The position numbers were made by a program, and so were the translations under genes. From Clostridia bacterium (GTDB taxonomy: Bacteria > Bacillota > Clostridia > Peptostreptococcales > Acidaminobacteraceae): a DNA stretch of 11,968 nt. The stretch covers positions 1 through 11,968 of the forward strand of contig JAFGTX010000137.1 in NCBI GenBank assembly GCA_016938815.1, in the 5' to 3' direction. Below, piece by piece: positions 7,201 through 11,968 of this stretch (its first letter is position 1; each line of letters starts with the position of its first letter). Under the pieces are notes generated by a model. That model did no database searches. It had not been told where the DNA came from and saw only the letters and a list, made by a program, of their open reading frames with translations.

Positions 7201-9138
7201 AAACAGTGCTGAAATCTTTTCGATGATTTCGGTCGAAACCGTTGGATCATCTATCTTAAAGTTGCTGACAATGTCCATCAAAAGCTCTAAATCCAATGAT
7301 GTCTTGTTCATTTTTTCTGCCAGTTCTTGACCTTCTTGGGATTTTGAAACGTCATCAATCCCCTCCTGTAAGGTCTCTACCGCTTCTTCATAGGGTTTTA
7401 AGCCATCAGGACCAATTAAAAACTGAATGCATTGATTTGAAAAGATATCATTTTGTTCTTTAACGCTTGTGTCAAGGGATTCAACCAGTTCTAAGTCCAC
7501 ATACATGAGGTCTCTTAAGGACGCTATTTTTCCACGCAGACTACGGATGTCGCCGAGCACCTCAACGTATTCATAAACATTCTCAAAGCTGCCATATGCC
7601 AGTTTCTTTAGCAGCACCTCTGTCTCTTCTTCTGTTTCAGTGACTTGCTTAATGGTCGCATTTTTTATTCTCGTCACCTTTTCGAATTCGCCAATGGCAA
7701 AAGTTGCCGTTTCTTTTACTTCTTTTAGCACATCCGATAGGCCAAATGCCTCCTCTTTACCAATCCAAAAGTAAGCATCCAATATACCTTGGGTCTCTTT
7801 TACGATATCCATGTAGACGCTGGCATAACTTTCACCCTTTTGAATCATCTTGCTTACACCACGACAAGCGGCAATACAAGTCACCACATCTTTGTTGCCG
7901 ATTTTATAAAGCGCGGAATCATTATTGCCCTCTAACTGATAGTCTTTGCCGACATAAGGCGTTTGCCAAACTTGCAGGGCGTGATTTTTCCGTGGTTCGT
8001 CTTCATGACGAAAAACAACCATTTCTCCATTATTGAAATGAGAATACCCGCTACATACAATAGGCGTATCAATGGTTTGTTCGATTACATTGTAAGAATA
8101 AATCAGGTAGGTACCGCTATCCATGTTATAGAAAATGTACTGATAATCTTCACCATTGGAAGATGCGATCAATTCATCGAATACCGGCTGTTCTACAGGC
8201 ACTTCGAAAATTTTATACTCGCCATTTTGAAGATAGTAGCCTTGAGGGAAAATCAATCCGTGTCCACCTGGCAGCAACTTGCAAGTATGGGCTATAGAAT
8301 CAATCCTTAAAACGTTTTTCAGTTTATTGTTGAAGACAAAGTAACGGTAGTCCTTTTCCTTGTAAGGCAATATTTTAAGAATGATTAACTGACCTAAATC
8401 CACATATGAAATTTCGGCATCATCCAAGTTTTGATCAGGGTCTTCAACGTCCTCTGAATAAATTCCTTTGCCTGTTTCCGTATTGTCTTCCACCTTAATA
8501 GTCAGGTCCCCGCCAATTGTTTCAACAAAAACCTTATCCAAAATGGAGACATGAGGGTGAAGTCCCGTCCGCTGGTTATCGCGGGTCGCTTTGACAAAAT
8601 CAAGTTCATTGCCTAGATTAAACTTCACTTCATGGTCACTTCTATTGTCGACGTATTTTAGATGATTTTCTTCAATCTGCCATTTGAAGACTTTGATGTC
8701 CATGACATTGTCACTGGTTTGAAAAATCATATAGAAATACGGCCCTAAGATGCTAAATTTTGCAAAGAAGGTGTTTTTGTAGTATCGGTATAGATCATCA
8801 AAGTCTTTTAGGAATTGTTGATCCTCGATAAATCCTAAAGATTCTTCTGTAAAACTACCTTCTACATAACGGTATACCGCAAAAACATCTTTCAAGGCCA
8901 CTTTTTGTTTCAAACCTATATGAACGTTGTATCCAAATAGGAAAAAGTCCCCTACCGGTGCCATATCTCGTGGAATACAATTGTTCTCCGTCAGAATCCG
9001 TTCACTGGATAGAAGTTTGCTTTCTATGGCGCCGAAAACTTCTTTTCTAACCGCATTCAGTTGTTCCGCTCTGGCAATCAAGTCGTCTCCCTGCTTTTGA
9101 AGACGACTTTTTATTACTTCATAGGTTCCATTATTCAT
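4258..9138 (-). CDS. Giant (1626 aa) uncharacterized multidomain protein with a MoxR/AAA_5-type AAA+ ATPase module near the C-terminus; third gene of the NfeD-flotillin operon
   Basis: Uninterrupted 4.9-kb ORF. ATG at 9138..9136 has a GGAG RBS 6 nt upstream, and this RBS lies inside the last flotillin codons (flotillin stop TAA at 9140-9142, i.e. a 1-nt gap). The ORF track started it at an in-frame TTG at 9150. P-loop LLLVSPPGYGKTTL at aa ~1272-1285 (nt ~5320). Walker B IMLYVDDIQH. Then ...KIAVVMAGNPYTESGEKFKIPDMLANRADVY, which matches the MoxR/AAA_5 '...vlATqNP.E..G...LP.AlLDRF' pattern. The ~1240 aa before the ATPase are a beta-rich, Y/N/G-rich N-terminal region (aa ~150-450) and a long helical/coiled-coil middle; no family is recognisable by eye. 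Confidence 0.85.
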   Translation of the reverse strand: MNNGTYEVIKSRLQKQGDDLIARAEQLNAVRKEVFGAIESKLLSSERILTENNCIPRDMAPVGDFFLFGYNVHIGLKQKVALKDVFAVYRYVEGSFTEESLGFIEDQQFLKDFDDLYRYYKNTFFAKFSILGPYFYMIFQTSDNVMDIKVFKWQIEENHLKYVDNRSDHEVKFNLGNELDFVKATRDNQRTGLHPHVSILDKVFVETIGGDLTIKVEDNTETGKGIYSEDVEDPDQNLDDAEISYVDLGQLIILKILPYKEKDYRYFVFNNKLKNVLRIDSIAHTCKLLPGGHGLIFPQGYYLQNGEYKIFEVPVEQPVFDELIASSNGEDYQYIFYNMDSGTYLIYSYNVIEQTIDTPIVCSGYSHFNNGEMVVFRHEDEPRKNHALQVWQTPYVGKDYQLEGNNDSALYKIGNKDVVTCIAACRGVSKMIQKGESYASVYMDIVKETQGILDAYFWIGKEEAFGLSDVLKEVKETATFAIGEFEKVTRIKNATIKQVTETEEETEVLLKKLAYGSFENVYEYVEVLGDIRSLRGKIASLRDLMYVDLELVESLDTSVKEQNDIFSNQCIQFLIGPDGLKPYEEAVETLQEGIDDVSKSQEGQELAEKMNKTSLDLELLMDIVSNFKIDDPTVSTEIIEKISALFSQINNAKAKLKTKIESFNKSEMAIQFSAQMRLLGQAVVNYLEVADTEEKCDSYLNKVMVQIQELEGKFSEFDEYLTQLGEKREEIYSTFETRKQTLLDKLNKKLVTLFDSATRIISGIENRVAGFDSVEKINGYLATDIMAEKVRDITSELRALGDTVKADELSSKLKALKENTIRQLKDRQELYLQGKDVIKFGQHHFSVNRKTIDLSIVQKDQHLYYHITGTDFWDRVQEPKIEQYRHVFDQSIISENSKVYRGEYLAYSIFEMADGKGYDRGALYDMSESQLKETVRAYMEKRYQEGYTKGVHDEDGSKILRGLLELFHTVDLLIYRSEVRAMARLFWNRLVDKTTKEQMAARLSELAKISGFFATPPRIENYLPLIIEQFETAYDELPFYSADSIPEAADYLCKELMTGDTFVISMLAKQVYDGFMAYLRDVKALETFENSLKASEKDLEGQFYLAKEWVFAYWQAQQEENSPIILEASDIAGVLDEVIVLLIEKDAKLDNVIQSGTKLTIEGLVGNHGQVDNGNYTLHYTAFMQKMKHFTENTVPDYMAYQALKSDLIKSFKEALRLDDFRPTVLTSFVRNKLIDKVYLPLIGDNLAKQMGVVGNDKRTDLMGLLLLVSPPGYGKTTLMEYVANRLGFIMVKVNGPSLGNEITSLDPEKAGHSSAKEELRKLNIALKMGNNIMLYVDDIQHCHPEFLQKFISLCDGQRKIEGVYDGVGQTFDLRGKKIAVVMAGNPYTESGEKFKIPDMLANRADVYNLGDMLRENEEAFKLSYIENCLTSNPVLSKLTNRNPSDIYGLVAMASGADRESVELEGNYSSDELNEYIEVLHKLSKVRDIVLKVNMAYIASAAQAEEYRMEPAFKLQGSYRNMNKIAERVVSVMNEEELFKQVVGSYENDCQTLTNGAESNMLKWKEINDCLTEDEHQRYEEIKGLFNKNKLVKGDDKVGQAVLSLQELTAHIEKIKNVYETLKANN
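4891..5403 (-). other. AAA+ (MoxR/AAA_5-like) ATPase domain within the giant protein, approximately aa 1250-1420
   Basis: Walker A SPPGYGKTT (Lys codon within 5302-5322). Walker B YVDDIQ at 5116-5133 (an Asp-Asp variant of the usual Asp-Glu). NP...G and NRADVY motifs downstream. Domain boundaries are approximate. Confidence 0.6.
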
Positions 9139-9139
9139 G

Positions 9140-11164
9140 TTATTCTCCAAACGTTGAACCCACTAATTTTGCTGGTAAATCCGCCACGCCTGCTTTATTC
9201 ACTGTATCTAATAATTTCCCTAACATGGTACGGTCACCGCCACTTGCAGAGGACATCATCTTCGTAATGGCGCCTGAAATCGTTAAGTGCATTAGGTCTT
9301 CTGACGATAAGTTGAATCTACCTACTAGTGTTTGCAATTGCTTTTGGAAATAGTCCGCATCACCTGTAATCAACGTTTCCTTAATATCCGTCATGACATC
9401 ACTGTTGCCGACAAATCTATCCACTGCCTTACCTTGCGTGATCGAACCAATGATCTTATCAAAGAACATCGTCTCACCACCGACGATATCAATTTTTGCT
9501 GTTTTAAGCGCTTCTTGGATAACAGCGGCTTGAGCGTCTGCAATATCTTTTTGAATGGCAATTTTAGCAAGTTCAATATCTTTTTCTTTTGCCAATTCCA
9601 ACTTGAACTCTTCATGGTCTCTGCCCACTTCGTCCAGTAACTTCATGCTATTCGCCTTTTCTTTGATACCTTCTGCTTCTGAAAGATACTTACGTTTAAG
9701 GATATCCGCTTCAACGATACCATCTTTTTCTTTTACTTCTACCTTCGCTGTTTGTCCTTTTGCTTCTGCCATTGCTTTTGATTCGATAACCTTTGCGTCG
9801 GCAATACCTTCAGCAGAACGATCAATTACTTTAGCATCTGCCAGTACCTTAATGGCTTCCGCCTCTTTTTGAGAAGCTTTAAGTTTTGCATCCGCGTCAA
9901 TGATTGTTTTTTCAGCTTCTTTTTCGGCCGCTAATTTTGCCGCCTCAGCCGCTTTTACTTCTCTTACTTTTCTTGTTTCCGCATCTTCTTCCGCTTTCTT
10001 AATCGCTACGTTTTTCACACGATCCGCTTCAGCAAATGCACGGGTATCTTTGATTTTTTCTTCTTCTGCTACTGTATCTTTTTCAACAGCGACTCTTTCG
10101 CGAATCACCACTTGGACATTTTTCTTTTCAACTTCAACTTGCTTTTCTTTATCGATGGTTGCTAAATCGACCAACTTGTCTTTTTCTGTTCTCTCTAACA
10201 AACGTTTACGTTCAACACGTTCTATCTCAACCGCTTCCGTACTTTCTTTTGATTTGGCTGCAATGATGATTTGACGTTGCTTGTTTTCTTCTGCTACGCC
10301 AATTTCCTCTTCTGTTTTTACACGAGCGATTTCTGCTTTATAGCGCTCTTCTTGAGCAACTTTTTCGGCTTCTGCATTTTCTCTGGAGTTGATTACTGAA
10401 ATTTCACGTCGTTGCTTGGCCTCTGCTTCTGCCTGTTGCTTTTCAAGTTCTAAAATCGCCTCTTTGGCAGCAACGTCCTGATTCTTGATTGTCTTTTCCT
10501 TTTCACGCTGAATTTCATTGGCTAAAATCATTTGCTTGGCGGTCAATTCAGTGATCTTCTTAATACCTTCCGCATCCAAGATATTGTCCGCATTCAACAC
10601 ATTAATATCTGTTTGTTCCAAATAATCGATTGCCGCATCGTCAAGAACATAACCGTTCAGGTCGGTTCCGATAATCTGAAGAATTTCGTGTTTAAAACTT
10701 TCTCTGTCTGTGTAAAGTTCCACAAAATCAAATTTTTTACCTACTGTTTTTAAGGCTTCCGAGAACTTCGCATCGAAAAATGCCATCAGCGTTTCTGGAT
10801 CAGAAGCTTTTTGACAACCTAAGGATTGAGCTACCTTTAGAACATCTTCTTGGGTTTGATTAACACGTACAAAGAAGGCAACACGTATGTCAGCCCTTAA
10901 ATTATCCTGACAAATCAGACCATCCTTGCCCTCTCTAGCAATTTCAACCCTCTTTACCGAAATATCCATGATTTCAAAACGGTGTAAAATCGGTATAACG
11001 AACATGCCACCAAAACTTACAATTTGTCCACCAACCCCATTACGGATGATAACTTTTGATTGCTCAACTTTTTTATAGAATCTCGCGAATAGAGCTAACG
11101 CCCCCATAATTGTAATTAAAACTACGCCTATTGTTACCAGTGTCATTTGTGATATAAATCCCAT
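9140..11164 (-). CDS. Flotillin-family SPFH protein (FloT/YqiK-like), 674 aa with an extended E/A/K-rich coiled coil
   Basis: ATG 11164..11162 with GGAGG 9 nt upstream. N-terminal TM (LVTIGVVLITIMGALALFA), then an SPFH domain (VIIRNGVGGQIVSFGGMFVIPILHRFEIMDISVKRVEI...). Then ~250 aa of EA-rich heptad-like low-complexity sequence (EAEAKQRRE..., AEEDAETRKVREVKAAEAAKLAAEKEAEK, ADAKVI repeats), followed by a C-terminal flotillin tail. This is the classic flotillin architecture. Confidence 0.9.
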   Translation of the reverse strand: MGFISQMTLVTIGVVLITIMGALALFARFYKKVEQSKVIIRNGVGGQIVSFGGMFVIPILHRFEIMDISVKRVEIAREGKDGLICQDNLRADIRVAFFVRVNQTQEDVLKVAQSLGCQKASDPETLMAFFDAKFSEALKTVGKKFDFVELYTDRESFKHEILQIIGTDLNGYVLDDAAIDYLEQTDINVLNADNILDAEGIKKITELTAKQMILANEIQREKEKTIKNQDVAAKEAILELEKQQAEAEAKQRREISVINSRENAEAEKVAQEERYKAEIARVKTEEEIGVAEENKQRQIIIAAKSKESTEAVEIERVERKRLLERTEKDKLVDLATIDKEKQVEVEKKNVQVVIRERVAVEKDTVAEEEKIKDTRAFAEADRVKNVAIKKAEEDAETRKVREVKAAEAAKLAAEKEAEKTIIDADAKLKASQKEAEAIKVLADAKVIDRSAEGIADAKVIESKAMAEAKGQTAKVEVKEKDGIVEADILKRKYLSEAEGIKEKANSMKLLDEVGRDHEEFKLELAKEKDIELAKIAIQKDIADAQAAVIQEALKTAKIDIVGGETMFFDKIIGSITQGKAVDRFVGNSDVMTDIKETLITGDADYFQKQLQTLVGRFNLSSEDLMHLTISGAITKMMSSASGGDRTMLGKLLDTVNKAGVADLPAKLVGSTFGE

Positions 11165-11191
11165 TAAATCCTGCCTCCATCAATAATTGTT

Positions 11192-11818
11192 TTATAATTT
11201 TCTTATGTAATACACTTCTTTTTCTTGATCTTTTTCCAAAACGAATGCCACTTCATTTTTCTCAAAAGAATCGTCTTCACATTTTGTTTTTACATTGATT
11301 ACGATTGACGTATCACCCGCTTCAATAATGGCTTGACCGATTTGGTCTCCTTCCAAATTACTTTTCAAGGTGCAGGTTTTGTTCAGCACCCTACACGCCA
11401 CATTATTTTTTGATTTCTGTTCAAAGACATGTGTTCTCAAGAATTTGATTTGGCCCTTTGCAGTTAGAAGACTCAGCGCAAATGCCGGTATAAGCAAAAC
11501 ACCTGCCATTTTTCCACCTGCTGCAATCGGCAAAAAATACATAAGCATCGTCAGTAGCCAAAAGGTCAAAGCCAACATGCTGAGCACCAAGGTCATCGGC
11601 ACTTGTCCAATGTTCATAAATACTGCCAGTGCATTCAGCAATCCACTGCTTTCAAGGCCCTCTGTTTCAACCTCAATATCTAAGTCAAAAAAGTCAAAGT
11701 CAAATAAGCCTAAACTTGCAAGCACCCAATAGCCTTGTGTCAAAATCAATAAACTTGTTGGAATAATATTTACGCCTTGAAATGCAAATTTTATGAGTTC
11801 CGTTTTGTTCCCCCCCAT
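11192..11818 (-). CDS. NfeD-like / YqiJ-like (DUF1449-type) membrane protein with C-terminal OB-fold; canonical flotillin partner
   Basis: 208 aa. A DFDFFDLDIEVE acidic segment is followed by a hydrophobic hairpin (ALAVFMNIGQVPMTLVLSMLALTFWLLTMLMYFLPIAA...LLIPAFALSLL) and a beta-strand-rich C-terminus (ACRVLNKTCTLKS...GDTSIVINVKTKCEDDSFEKNEVAFVLEKDQEKEVYYI), consistent with an NfeD short-form OB domain. It is immediately upstream of flotillin (27-nt gap), as in yqiJ-yqiK and yuaF-floT. The ATG is embedded in a G7 run and has an in-frame TGA directly upstream. Confidence 0.75.
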   Translation of the reverse strand: MGGNKTELIKFAFQGVNIIPTSLLILTQGYWVLASLGLFDFDFFDLDIEVETEGLESSGLLNALAVFMNIGQVPMTLVLSMLALTFWLLTMLMYFLPIAAGGKMAGVLLIPAFALSLLTAKGQIKFLRTHVFEQKSKNNVACRVLNKTCTLKSNLEGDQIGQAIIEAGDTSIVINVKTKCEDDSFEKNEVAFVLEKDQEKEVYYIRKL

Positions 11819-11869
11819 TCATTTGTATTGTTTTTTATCAAACAACCGTCTATCCGATAACTGCCTCCA

Positions 11870-11915
11870 ATTATAAAAAAATGTTGTTTTATCAGACAAT
11901 TACTATTATAACAAA
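11870..11915 (-). promoter_or_regulatory. Putative tandem promoters for the NfeD-flotillin-giant ATPase operon
   Basis: Read on the minus strand there are two candidate promoters. First: an extended -10 TGTTATAAT (plus 11905-11913) with a poor -35. Second, 30 nt further downstream: TTGTCT (plus 11894-11899), 18-nt spacer, TATAAT (plus 11870-11875). Both lie within the 150-nt AT-rich region upstream of the NfeD-like start and give a 5' leader of ~45-85 nt. Confidence 0.4.
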
Positions 11916-11968
11916 ATTAGGGAACGTAGATTATTAACAAACTCTTAAAACGCAGAAAAAATCACAAC

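Noticed and set aside
4908-8310. Several 74-115-aa ORFs on either strand inside the giant gene (4908..5132, 6246..6482, 6283..6552, 6864..7124, 7704..8036, 7963..8310)
   Set aside because: All are nested within, and out of frame with or antisense to, an uninterrupted 4.9-kb CDS. They have no RBS and no recognisable motifs.
4258-9138. Possibility that the giant protein is an FtsH-type protease, a dynamin-like GTPase or an SMC-like protein
   Set aside because: It has no HEXXH zinc-protease motif and no dynamin GxxxSGKS/DxxG GTPase motifs. It has a single MoxR-like P-loop rather than the split N-/C-terminal ABC heads with a central hinge.
9332-10274. Plus-strand and alternate-frame ORFs of 74-124 aa (9332..9640, 9391..9615, 9555..9872, 9900..10274) with S/A/F-rich translations
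   Set aside because: They lie antisense or out-of-frame inside the flotillin E/A/K-rich coiled-coil. The GAA/GCN/AAR codon bias of the real frame automatically produces long stop-free S/A/F-rich frames on the opposite strand.
11370-11732. 120-aa plus-strand ORF antisense to the NfeD-like gene
   Set aside because: Shadow ORF opposite a membrane-protein gene, with a serine/lysine-rich low-complexity tail; no RBS.
11857-11869. GGAGG on the minus strand ~45 nt upstream of the NfeD-like ATG, considered as an RBS for a longer N-terminus or an upstream small ORF
   Set aside because: An in-frame TGA lies immediately before the ATG, so no extension is possible. No start codon occurs at RBS distance downstream of the GGAGG. 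It also sits right at the predicted -10/TSS of the downstream candidate promoter.
1-11968. Mobile-element, CRISPR, tRNA or rRNA content
   Set aside because: No integrase/transposase-like ORFs, no inverted terminal repeats, no regularly spaced direct repeats and no tRNA-like cloverleaf candidates were seen. The window looks like core chromosome.

Overview
Low-GC (~40%), Firmicutes-like chromosomal window holding two gene blocks that converge on one shared bidirectional terminator at ~4205-4238.

Left block, minus strand: a 3-gene string transcribed toward the window start.
- A YihY/BrkB-family membrane protein.
- An NAD+ diphosphatase NudC (Nudix box plus C4 zinc ribbon).
- The N-terminus of an AEC-family (auxin-efflux-carrier type) transporter that runs off the left edge.

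Centre, plus strand: a translationally coupled HflK-like / HflC-like SPFH (band-7) pair. No FtsH is present in the window.

Right block, minus strand: a tightly coupled 3-gene operon.
- A short NfeD-like / YqiJ-like membrane protein (TM hairpin plus C-terminal OB-fold).
- A long (674 aa) flotillin-family SPFH protein with an extended E/A/K-rich coiled coil.
- A giant 1626-aa protein. It starts 1 nt after the flotillin stop, and its RBS sits inside the flotillin 3' end. It carries a MoxR/AAA_5-type P-loop ATPase module near its C-terminus (Walker A 'SPPGYGKTT', Walker B 'LYVDDIQH', 'AGNPYTESG...NRADVY'). The ~1240 aa upstream of that module comprise a beta-rich N-terminal region and a long helical/coiled-coil segment that I cannot place in any family.

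Known flotillin operons (yuaF-floT-yuaI, yqiJ-yqiK) have no such third gene, so NfeD-flotillin-giant-ATPase is the candidate undescribed system here.

No tRNA, rRNA, CRISPR array, integrase or transposase signatures were seen. Several extended -10 promoters, a G7 homopolymer fused to the NfeD-like start codon, and an 11-bp-phased direct repeat in the divergent yihY/hflK intergenic region are also noted.
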